Positions 55,964 through 64,000 of a stretch of DNA of 64,000 nt are shown here, piece by piece. Source of the stretch: Minisyncoccota bacterium (GTDB lineage Bacteria; Patescibacteriota; Minisyncoccia; Phycocordibacterales; UBA5272); contig JBAZJW010000001.1 of the NCBI GenBank assembly GCA_041651055.1, positions 84,737 to 148,736 on the forward strand. Reading direction: 5' to 3'. Each line of letters opens with the position of its first letter. Within the stretch, counting starts at the first letter, position 1. Position numbers and translations under genes: made by a program. Under the pieces are notes generated by a model. The model saw nothing but the letters and a program-made list of their open reading frames with translations, was not told the origin of the DNA and made no database searches.

Positions 55964-56836
55964 ATGTCAGATATATCTCAAGAAATTTCAGAACTTGAAG
56001 CCCGTATGAATGAGGGTTCTTTTTGGAATGATAAAGAAAAGGCTCAAGAGGTGATTAAGAGAATTAAAGAACTAAAGGATCAGAGCGACGGTGTGAACGC
56101 GCTCGATAAAGGGAATGCTATCATGACGCTCCTAGCTGGTGCAGGCGGGGATGATAGTGAAGATTTCGCACGGATGCTTTTTGAAATGTATGATGCTTAT
56201 TTTTCAATAAAGGGATTCACATATGCCGTACTTCATGAAAACAAAAATGATCACGGCGGGTACAGAAATCTTACGATAGAAATAACAGGCAAGAATGCGT
56301 ACGGCACACTCAAAAATGAATCAGGTGTACATCGTCTCGTGCGTATTTCACCGTTTAATGCACAAGCCAAGCGTCACACTTCATTTGCTATGGTAGAAGT
56401 GCTGCCTATTATTCCTGCTGCAGAACGTAAACCATTTTCACCAGAAGAAATTCGTATCGAAACATCAAAAGCAGGTGGTCCAGGTGGGCAAAATGTAAAT
56501 AAGCGTGAGACAGCGGTGCGTGTTATTCATATTGCGACAAATATTTCTGTGCATGTGGCGACCGAACGTCAACAAGAACAGAATAGACAAAAGGCCTTAG
56601 AAATTCTTCAGTCCAAACTTTTTAAATTAGAAGAAGAAAAACGAAAAGCAGAGATAGAAGGGCGACAGATTAGTAAGACGACAGAAATAGAATGGGGGAA
56701 TCAAATACGTTCGTACGTGCTTCATCCGTACAAAATGGTAAAAGATCACCGCACTGAGTATGAGACGAGTGATGTAGAAGGTGTTTTGGAAAAAGGTCAA
56801 CTCGAACCCTTTATCGAAGCAGAGAAAGGGTTGTAG
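55964..56836 (+). CDS. prfB: Peptide chain release factor 2, N-terminally short, no programmed frameshift
   Basis: GGQ motif (GGPGGQNVNK) and RF2-specific SPF motif. Start taken at MSDISQ. Equivalent to E. coli RF2 from about residue 28 onward. Confidence 0.85.
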   Translation: MSDISQEISELEARMNEGSFWNDKEKAQEVIKRIKELKDQSDGVNALDKGNAIMTLLAGAGGDDSEDFARMLFEMYDAYFSIKGFTYAVLHENKNDHGGYRNLTIEITGKNAYGTLKNESGVHRLVRISPFNAQAKRHTSFAMVEVLPIIPAAERKPFSPEEIRIETSKAGGPGGQNVNKRETAVRVIHIATNISVHVATERQQEQNRQKALEILQSKLFKLEEEKRKAEIEGRQISKTTEIEWGNQIRSYVLHPYKMVKDHRTEYETSDVEGVLEKGQLEPFIEAEKGL

Positions 56837-56936
56837 ATAAGTAAGCGGCCATAGTTAAGAACAGGTACTCAGGATATTCCCAGTTTACATTTTATTTTTC
56901 AACAAAAGCGCCACTGTCTGAGGTATACTCTTTTAT

Positions 56937-58193
56937 ATGCTAAGGACGTTAAGATTTTATTTTTTTATTTTTACAGTTTTGTTTCCTGGTGTTGCTTGGG
57001 CTTCCACTACAGACGGCACGATTGACGCTGCATATCATTATGCTTGGTCAGAAAATGCAGGCTGGATTGATTTTGGTTCATCTGCGGGCAATGTTCATGT
57101 AGCAGATACAATTCTCACCGGTTCTGTGTATGGTGAAAATATCGGATGGCTTACACTTAATCCTCAAACATATGGCGGTGTTACAAATGATGCAGCAGGT
57201 AATTTGTCTGGTTATGCATGGGGAGAAAATGTTGGTTGGGTAGATTTTTCGCGAGTAACTATCGGTTCTGATGGTATTTTCGCTGGTAGCGCATATAGTG
57301 AAAATATTGGCTGGATAACTTTTGGTACAGGTGACAATAAAGTGATGACAGATTGGCGACCCGCTTCTGGCAGAGTACCTCCTCCAGCCATAAGCATGGG
57401 CGGTGTATTTTCTATGCCTTCTCCTTCCGTGGTAGCGGCTCCTTATCAGAGCACCGCTCAAAAAGTTGAACCGGTTGTGCCCGCTGTACCGGCTGTACCA
57501 ACAACGCCTACCCCTCTTCTAAGTACGCCTTCTGCTCCAGTCAATTTTACAGCCCCAACCTCGATAGAGATACCTTCTAAAAATTTAGTTGTAGGATCAA
57601 GAGATCAAGGTGTTAAAGCGTTACAGAAATTTTTAAATACTCAAGGTTTTGTAATTTCTAAAACAGGAAACGGCTCACTTGGAAATGAAACTGAGTATTT
57701 TGGAACAGCAACACAGAAGGCTTTGTCTAAATTTCAAGCCGAGAATGGAATATACCCAGCTAATGGGTATTTTGGTCCAATCACAAAAAGGTTTATTGAA
57801 AATATAAGTCAGAATATAAAAATAGCTTCACCTGAAGTCACCATAATGGCACCTCCGCTTCCAGCAAATCCAAGCAACCTCGATGTAAAACCAGTGCCTC
57901 AAGCGTTACCCATTACCCCCATTATCATGGTAGATACTAAGCCAATTTTCACTAGAGATCTTACACTCGGCACATATGGAAGTGATGTGTTGGAACTTCA
58001 AAAGTTTCTTATCACTCGAAATAGTGGTAGTGCATCACGATCTTTAGCAGAAAATGCTCCCACTGAATATTTTGGACCCATTACTCAAGCTGCACTGATT
58101 GAATTTCAGGAACATAATAATATAACTCCTGCGCGCGGGTATTTCGGACCTAAGACAATAACCTTTATTAAAAATTTAGAATCGAATCCTTAA
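56937..58193 (+). CDS. Secreted protein with four N-terminal GENIGW-type repeats and two C-terminal peptidoglycan-binding (PG_binding_1) domains
   Basis: Signal peptide. Repeats SENAGWIDF, GENIGWLTL, GENVGWVDF, SENIGWITF. Pro-rich linker. Two LQKFLNTQGF...YFGP.T PG-binding modules. Confidence 0.75.
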   Translation: MLRTLRFYFFIFTVLFPGVAWASTTDGTIDAAYHYAWSENAGWIDFGSSAGNVHVADTILTGSVYGENIGWLTLNPQTYGGVTNDAAGNLSGYAWGENVGWVDFSRVTIGSDGIFAGSAYSENIGWITFGTGDNKVMTDWRPASGRVPPPAISMGGVFSMPSPSVVAAPYQSTAQKVEPVVPAVPAVPTTPTPLLSTPSAPVNFTAPTSIEIPSKNLVVGSRDQGVKALQKFLNTQGFVISKTGNGSLGNETEYFGTATQKALSKFQAENGIYPANGYFGPITKRFIENISQNIKIASPEVTIMAPPLPANPSNLDVKPVPQALPITPIIMVDTKPIFTRDLTLGTYGSDVLELQKFLITRNSGSASRSLAENAPTEYFGPITQAALIEFQEHNNITPARGYFGPKTITFIKNLESNP

Positions 58194-58215
58194 GATTAGT
58201 ATCAATAAAATAAAT

Positions 58216-59322
58216 ATGAAAAACAATATCACAAAACACATAAAAACAATACTAGTAACTAGCTTCCTTTCAGGAAGTTTAGTTACGCTTGGATTAACTA
58301 TGTCGTACGCTGGGACACTTACTCCACCAGGGGCACCAGCAAACACTATGTATACTTTGACTGATATTTTTAATCTTTCAGGTGGGACAACTACAACATT
58401 AGGAACAGGGGCCATACCCACAACACCTAGTTCGGTATTGACTACATTTAAAACATTAACCGAAATCTATGATGCTATTTCAACACAAATAACAAACCTT
58501 GCAAACGCGAAGATTGCAAGCGGTATAAGTGCTTTTGGATTCATCGGTACATTATTTGGTGATACAGATGCTTCCAAAGTTCTGACATCTGCTACCTATG
58601 CAGGTACGATTCCTGTCAAAGTAAATGATAATCCAGTGACGGGTGGTACAGCTTCTAGTACATCTCTCTTGCTTACCCCTCCGCTTGGATATTACGATGG
58701 AGTTGCGACTGTATCTACCACGTCTGCTAATTTTATCGCAGGGAATATTAAAAGTGGTGTAACGTTATTTGGAACACTCGGCACGTACTCTTCAGGTGGT
58801 GCGTCTAGTGCTCAGCCTCTCAAAACCAACCAGACTAGCTGTTTTGATGCCGCAGGTACCATTATTTCATGTACTGGCACTGGACAAGATGGAGAATATC
58901 AAAAGGGTGCCGCACGGTCATACACTGACCCAGGTGATGGTACCATCACTGACAACACTACGGGTCTTACATGGAAGAAATGCTCACAAGGACTTTCTGG
59001 AGCCACCTGTCAAACGGGAACCATTACATCTTACACTTGGATTAACGCCCTTGCTGAATGTGAGGCAGATTCAACTGCTGGACAAACCGATTGGCGTCTT
59101 CCGAATGTCTATGAACTTTACTCCCTGGTTGATTTTCTTAGCTTTAGTAGTCCAGTCATAGACTCCGTTTACTTTCCTAACACTAACACTTCCTTCTACT
59201 GGACTTCTACTACTCGTCGTAGCAATCCTTCTTATGCTATGTATGTGAGTTTTTCTACCGCATACAACACAAACCACACCTTTAAGAGTACTACCTACAT
59301 GGTCCGCTGTGTTCGAGGGTAA
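58216..59322 (+). CDS. Secreted DUF1566 (Lcl C-terminal domain) protein with Thr/Gly-rich N-terminal region
   Basis: Signal peptide. C-terminal DWRLPNVYELYSL...YWTSTT...YMVRCVRG signature. Confidence 0.75.
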   Translation: MKNNITKHIKTILVTSFLSGSLVTLGLTMSYAGTLTPPGAPANTMYTLTDIFNLSGGTTTTLGTGAIPTTPSSVLTTFKTLTEIYDAISTQITNLANAKIASGISAFGFIGTLFGDTDASKVLTSATYAGTIPVKVNDNPVTGGTASSTSLLLTPPLGYYDGVATVSTTSANFIAGNIKSGVTLFGTLGTYSSGGASSAQPLKTNQTSCFDAAGTIISCTGTGQDGEYQKGAARSYTDPGDGTITDNTTGLTWKKCSQGLSGATCQTGTITSYTWINALAECEADSTAGQTDWRLPNVYELYSLVDFLSFSSPVIDSVYFPNTNTSFYWTSTTRRSNPSYAMYVSFSTAYNTNHTFKSTTYMVRCVRG

Positions 59323-59420
59323 ATAAAAGCACGTCTAAGTTTTTAACGTTTAATCTACGAATTAGTCAGCATATTTCTATCCACTGATTGTGAAAAGACA
59401 GGATGTGCTACAATAAAACT

Positions 59421-60101
59421 ATGCTCTACTTCGACCAAGTTTCAAAAGAATATAGCGACGGCAATAAAGTGCTGGATAATATTTCTCTCACGGTGCATCA
59501 AGGTGAACTCGTTTCTATCGTCGGACACTCAGGTGCCGGCAAGACAACACTTATCAAACTCCTCTTAGCTGAAGAACAGCCAACAGAAGGGACGGTCTCT
59601 TTCCATTCGGACAACATTAGTACGCTTAAAGGAAAAGATATGGTGAATTACAGACGAAAGGTTGGTGTGGTGTTTCAGGACTTTCGTTTGATTGCGAACA
59701 AGACCGCGTATGAAAACGTGGCCTTTGCCATGGAAGCTGCCGGTAAAATGGATGAAGATATCAAGGAAGATGTGCCGCATGTGCTCGAGCTTGTGGATTT
59801 GAAAAGTAAAATGCACCACTTCCCACACCAGCTTTCTGGTGGAGAACAACAACGCGTGGCTATCGCGCGTGCGATTATCAATCGTCCCGAAATTATTATT
59901 GCTGATGAGCCGACAGGAAATCTCGACCCACTCAACACCTACGACATCGTGCAGATCTTGAAAAAGATTAACGATCTCGGTACAACGGTGATTCTCACGA
60001 CACACAACAAAGGCATCGTGGACAATCTCGGACGCCGCGTTATCACCATGGAAGATGGACGCATCACCCGTGACCAGAAGTCAGGTAAGTTTACAATGTA
60101 A
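59421..60101 (+). CDS. ftsE: Cell-division ABC ATPase FtsE (alternative start 59403)
   Basis: Walker [10 protein letters not shown], signature [15 protein letters not shown], Walker [12 protein letters not shown]. Followed by ftsX. Confidence 0.9.
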   Translation: MLYFDQVSKEYSDGNKVLDNISLTVHQGELVSIVGHSGAGKTTLIKLLLAEEQPTEGTVSFHSDNISTLKGKDMVNYRRKVGVVFQDFRLIANKTAYENVAFAMEAAGKMDEDIKEDVPHVLELVDLKSKMHHFPHQLSGGEQQRVAIARAIINRPEIIIADEPTGNLDPLNTYDIVQILKKINDLGTTVILTTHNKGIVDNLGRRVITMEDGRITRDQKSGKFTM

Positions 60102-60113
60102 TACATCGTCCAC

Positions 60114-61040
60114 ATGAAAACCACACTCACCAGAAGAATAGTTACTGCCGGATTGCGAGGCTTTTACCGTAACCGTACTGTATCGCTCTCGTCTATTTTT
60201 ATTTTAACGATTACGCTTTCCATTATTACTGCGTTTTATTTGTTCCGTGCGATTTTTGATTATACGCTTGATCAGGTTCGTGAAAAGGTGGATGTGCGTG
60301 TGTACTTTACGGTAGACGCGAGTGAAGAACAGATCACTGAGGTGAAAGCAAAACTCCTTGGTCTTTCTCAAGTAAAAACAGTAACCTATACATCTCGTGA
60401 ACAAGCGCTCTCTGATTTCAAAACAAAGCATCAGGGGGATCAGCTTACTTTGCAAGCTATCGATGAACTCGGCACTAACCCATTCGGTGCATCACTTTCT
60501 GTGGTTGCGAAAGACACCTCACAGTACGAAGCGATTGCGAATCAGTTGTCTGGAGGGCAGGGATTGCTCGGTGAACTTTCTGGTTCTGTTGATAAAATAA
60601 ATTACTATCAATTGAAAGACAGTATTGATAAATTGAACAATATTATTGGCTGGACCAACACGGTCGGCTTCTGGCTCTCGATGATATTTATTTTGATGAG
60701 TTGTATGATTGTATACAACACGATTCGTCTCGCCATCTTCGTGTATCGAGATGAGATTGCAATTATGAAATTGGTAGGTGCTTCGAATATGTTTATTCGT
60801 GGTCCGTTCGTCGTCGAAGCTATGCTCTATGCATTCATTGCGACAGTCATCACTCTTGCGTTTTTCTACCCCGCGACAATCTGGGTTACCAAGAAGACAG
60901 TATTTTTCTTTGAAGGTATGAATATCAATCAATACTATACACAGCATTTCTTCCAGCTTCTCGGAATACTGCTCTTATCCGGAATGGTATTGGCGGTTAT
61001 ATCCTCTCTACTTGCTGTCCGAAAGTATCTAAAGGTCTAG
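60114..61040 (+). CDS. ftsX: Cell-division permease-like FtsX
   Basis: N-terminal TM, periplasmic domain, 3 C-terminal TM helices. Adjacent to ftsE. Confidence 0.85.
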   Translation: MKTTLTRRIVTAGLRGFYRNRTVSLSSIFILTITLSIITAFYLFRAIFDYTLDQVREKVDVRVYFTVDASEEQITEVKAKLLGLSQVKTVTYTSREQALSDFKTKHQGDQLTLQAIDELGTNPFGASLSVVAKDTSQYEAIANQLSGGQGLLGELSGSVDKINYYQLKDSIDKLNNIIGWTNTVGFWLSMIFILMSCMIVYNTIRLAIFVYRDEIAIMKLVGASNMFIRGPFVVEAMLYAFIATVITLAFFYPATIWVTKKTVFFFEGMNINQYYTQHFFQLLGILLLSGMVLAVISSLLAVRKYLKV

Positions 61041-61042
61041 AC

Positions 61043-61129
61043 AGATTTTAGACTTTAGGTGTTAGATTTTAGATATACATACCGTCGGTACTGATTTATC
61101 TAAAATCTAAAGTCCAATATCTAACATCT
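61043..61129. repeat. Imperfect palindrome of 87 nt (AGATTTTAGACTTTAGGTGTTAGATTTTAGATA ... TATCTAAAATCTAAAGTCCAATATCTAACATCT) upstream of the helicase gene
   Basis: Arms largely reverse-complementary around TACATACCGTCGGTACTGAT. Confidence 0.7.
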
Positions 61130-61135
61130 ACCACT

Positions 61136-62794
61136 ATGACTCAAGCGACTGCCTTACAAATTCTCAAACTCGGACATACGACCTTTCTCACAGGAGCGGC
61201 TGGTGCGGGTAAGTCATATGCGCTTCGTGAGTACATTGCGTACTTGAAAAAGCACGGTGTGAAATATGCAGTCACCGCGTCTACCGGTATCGCGTCCACG
61301 CATATTGGTGGCACGACCATTCATGCATGGAGTGGTATTGGTATCAAACAAAAATTACATGCGTATGATTTAGACGCGCTTGAAGAAAAACAAAATCTCT
61401 ACAAAAGGTGGAATGAAACACAAGTGCTCATCATCGATGAAATCTCCATGCTTCATGCATCCTTCGTGGATATGTTGGACAAGGTCGCGAAAAGAATGCG
61501 AAGAAGTGATATGCCTTTCGGAGGTATACAAGTGGTGTTCACGGGGGATTTCTTTCAGCTTCCTCCAGTGGTACGTCATGGTGACCTTTATGAAAGTGAG
61601 GGTGTGTTCGCATTTACATCTCGTGCATGGCGTGAAGCCAAGCCTGTAGTGTGCTATTTGACCGAACAATTCCGTCAGGACGATGACAAGCTTTCGTCCG
61701 TACTCCAAGCGATACGAAGCGGAGAAGTGGAAGAAGAGCATTATGAATATTTGCAGTCAACGAGCAGTAAAGAACACAAAGAGGACCACATTAAGTTATA
61801 TACGCACAATGAGAACGTAGATGTTATCAACAAAAAAGAATACGATGCGATTGAAGGCGAATCTCGTGTTTACGATATGATCACGAAAGGTAAAGCGTCT
61901 ATTGTGGAATCGCTCAAGCACAACTGTCTCGCGGATGAGCGACTGTATCTCAAAGTCGGAGCGAAAGTCATTTGTATAAAAAATAGTGTCGATAGGACGT
62001 ACGTGAACGGATCCATGGGTGTGGTTGCTCGTTTCGACAACGAAGGTGCACCAGTCATCACTCTTGCGAATGGTAAGACGGTGACCATCAAACCAGATAC
62101 ATGGAGAATCGAAGAAGATGGAAAAGTACGCGCCGAGCTCACGCAGCTCCCGGTGAAATTGGCATGGGCGATCACCGTGCACAAGAGCCAGGGAATGACT
62201 CTCGACAGAGCTTCCATTGATCTTAGTCGTGCGTTTGCTTCTGGCCAGGGATATGTGGCACTCTCACGTTTAAAGTCACTCGAGGGGCTTCATTTGACGG
62301 GATTTAATCCTCAGGCATTACAGATTGCTGAAGAAGTGCGAGAGGCCGATAGTACTTTTCGTAAAAAGAGTGAACAAGCCGAAGACGCTATCGCGAAATA
62401 TTCCGAAGCAGAAGCAGAAAAGTTACACGAAGCCTTCCTTACAAATTCCGGTGGTCAACTCGTAGAATTAGACGACGAAGAGGCAGAGGAGATACAAGAA
62501 AAAGTCGCATCACATACCAAGACCCAAGATATGCTTAAAGAAAAAATTTCTATCGAAGCCATTGCCGAGAGACGTAATCTTTCTATTGATACAATTATTG
62601 GTCACATTGAAAAGTTAGTAGAATTGAAAGAGCCTGTCGAGCTTGCACATGTCCTTCCTGCCAAGAAAGACGTTACGAAAATCCTCAAAACCTTCGAAGA
62701 GCTAGAAACCAAAAAGCTTACCCCTGTGCATGAGCACCTAAAAGGGAAGTATACCTATCACGAAATACGGCTTGTGAGGGCTTCTATTGTTTAA
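61136..62794 (+). CDS. PIF1/RecD-family ATP-dependent DNA helicase with C-terminal HTH-like domain
   Basis: Walker A GAAGAGKS, DEISM Walker B, FTGDFFQLPPV motif III, and a UvrD_C_2-like region. Confidence 0.85.
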   Translation: MTQATALQILKLGHTTFLTGAAGAGKSYALREYIAYLKKHGVKYAVTASTGIASTHIGGTTIHAWSGIGIKQKLHAYDLDALEEKQNLYKRWNETQVLIIDEISMLHASFVDMLDKVAKRMRRSDMPFGGIQVVFTGDFFQLPPVVRHGDLYESEGVFAFTSRAWREAKPVVCYLTEQFRQDDDKLSSVLQAIRSGEVEEEHYEYLQSTSSKEHKEDHIKLYTHNENVDVINKKEYDAIEGESRVYDMITKGKASIVESLKHNCLADERLYLKVGAKVICIKNSVDRTYVNGSMGVVARFDNEGAPVITLANGKTVTIKPDTWRIEEDGKVRAELTQLPVKLAWAITVHKSQGMTLDRASIDLSRAFASGQGYVALSRLKSLEGLHLTGFNPQALQIAEEVREADSTFRKKSEQAEDAIAKYSEAEAEKLHEAFLTNSGGQLVELDDEEAEEIQEKVASHTKTQDMLKEKISIEAIAERRNLSIDTIIGHIEKLVELKEPVELAHVLPAKKDVTKILKTFEELETKKLTPVHEHLKGKYTYHEIRLVRASIV

Positions 62795-63013
62795 CCTTAT
62801 TCTGATTTAAAGGACAATCTTTTTTGTCTTTACTATAAAACCCTTAATAAGGGCCTTTTAATTAAACACAACACTAAAAACAGATTGACAAGCCATTAGA
62901 TAAGCATAGAATGCGATTAGCTACGAGATACGTACATAAGCGGGTAGTTTGTGTTTTTGGCAGTGTTGTTTTGCTTTACGTTTTCTTACTCAAGTGGATA
63001 CTAATAAAAAAAT

Positions 63014-64000
63014 ATGAACAAGAAATTTGTTGTTTCGGTTCTGTCAGCCTCGGCTCTTGCTTTAGGTTTTTTCACTGCTGTTTCGGCAACAGTAATGCTA
63101 CCTATTGATCTTGGGACCGCAGGCAACTTCGTTATTCTTTCAAAAACAGGAGTTACTAATATTCCAACATCATCCATAACAGGAAATATTGGAACAAGTC
63201 CTATTACTGGAGCATCAATCACTGGACTTGATTGTGCAGAGGTAACGGGATCTATTTACACGGTAGACGCCACTGGTCCATCTTGTAAAATTACGAGTCC
63301 TACATTATTGACTACAGCAATTAGCGATATGGAAACCGCATATACAGAAGCGGCCGGCAAGACTGTTTCTTCTGGAGCAACGACAGATGTCGGGGCAGGA
63401 ACATTAACTGATCTAACCCTTACATCTGGTGTATATCAGTGGGGTTCTAATGTTACGATTCCAACAGACCTTACTCTTTCTGGGGGTTCTACAGATATTT
63501 TTATTTTTAAAGTAGCAGGAACATTAGATATTGCTTCAAATAAAAATATTATCTTGACAGGAGGAGCTCTTGCTTCTAATGTTTTCTGGCAGACAACTGG
63601 CACAGTAACTATCGGATCTGGTTCACATTTTGAAGGAGTTATTTTATCTCAGACAAATATTGCCATGCTTACAGGTGCAACACTCTCCGGTAGAGCTTTT
63701 GCTAAAACAGCAGTGACATTGGATGGAAATACTATTTCTGCTTCAGACGTTGCTAGTACAGGTGTTGTCTTTATTGATACAAATGTAAATGGTACACGCG
63801 ATGGAGGAGAATTGTTTTTCTCTACCCTGCAAGGGGCGATTAATGCAGCAAGTCCAAATGACACACTTGTACTTAGTTCTGATATAACTACGATATCTAA
63901 AGTTTTGGTTGATAAAGCTTTAACGATTAATGGTGCCAACTATACACTGTATGCTAATTTTACTGGTAGTAGTGATGCAACAAATAATTCTGCAATTGAA
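63014..64000 (+). CDS. Secreted DUF3494 ice-binding-like protein, 3'-truncated by the window end (missed by the ORF track because it has no stop)
   Basis: Signal peptide MNKKFVVSVLSASALALGFFTAVSA. LGTAGNFVILSKTGVTN...ITGNIGTSPITGASITG and VFWQTTGTVTIGSGSHFEGVILSQTNIAMLTGATLSGRAFAKTAVTLDGNTI match the DUF3494 beta-helix. Frame open from 63014 to 64000. Confidence 0.75.
   Translation, partial: MNKKFVVSVLSASALALGFFTAVSATVMLPIDLGTAGNFVILSKTGVTNIPTSSITGNIGTSPITGASITGLDCAEVTGSIYTVDATGPSCKITSPTLLTTAISDMETAYTEAAGKTVSSGATTDVGAGTLTDLTLTSGVYQWGSNVTIPTDLTLSGGSTDIFIFKVAGTLDIASNKNIILTGGALASNVFWQTTGTVTIGSGSHFEGVILSQTNIAMLTGATLSGRAFAKTAVTLDGNTISASDVASTGVVFIDTNVNGTRDGGELFFSTLQGAINAASPNDTLVLSSDITTISKVLVDKALTINGANYTLYANFTGSSDATNNSAIE

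Noticed and set aside
61043-61129. Large palindrome upstream of the helicase considered as a replication origin or dif site
   Set aside because: No DnaA boxes or XerCD-dif consensus were recognisable. Left as an unexplained inverted repeat.

Overview
This is a 64-kb segment of a low-GC (about 42-45%) bacterial chromosome, densely packed with genes. Core genes largely lack Shine-Dalgarno sequences. The gene content points to a Patescibacteria/CPR-like (Parcubacteria-type) organism, and this is an inference. The supporting features are a sigma-70 region-4-only protein, a 2123-aa YVTN/Fn3 surface protein, DUF1566 and DUF3494 secreted proteins, MacAB-like ABC systems, an F1Fo ATP synthase operon without atpI, a miniaturised SMC, and RF2 present, which implies standard genetic code 11.

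Recognisable housekeeping genes are clpB, folD, leuS (with an embedded Nudix domain), mltG, a DnaQ-like exonuclease, mnmA, a ZIP transporter with a divergent Fur/Zur regulator, atpBEFHAGDC, uppP with a PAP2 phosphatase, an SMC-like protein, RNase R, rpsP, a KH protein, trmD, DUF167, CapA, prfB, ftsEX and a PIF1/RecD-like helicase. There are three tRNAs: Tyr-GUA, Thr-GGU and Thr-CGU.

No CRISPR array, rRNA gene or recognisable transposase/integrase gene was found. The unexplained structure lies in the non-coding sequence and in small GC-rich islands. (1) Both tRNA-Thr genes are preceded by a conserved, structured element of about 100 nt that begins with a copy of the cognate tRNA 5' end. (2) tRNA-Tyr and tRNA-Thr(GGU) are each followed by a mini-insertion of about 230 nt bounded by a degenerate copy of the tRNA 3' end. 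(3) Several families of palindromic or AT-rich intergenic repeats are present: a REP-like family AATACAARGAGCGGC..GCCGCTCYTTGTATT, MITE-like ATTAGTTATTGGTTATTAG inverted-repeat elements, ACTAAAAACTAAAAACT tracts and CGTTAGG/AACGAAGAACG tracts. (4) Six or seven GC-rich islets of about 55% GC carry small ORFan genes that have strong AAGGAG-type ribosome-binding sites and GC-rich hairpin terminators. One islet sits where rimM is expected. All coordinates may be off by 1-2 nt.
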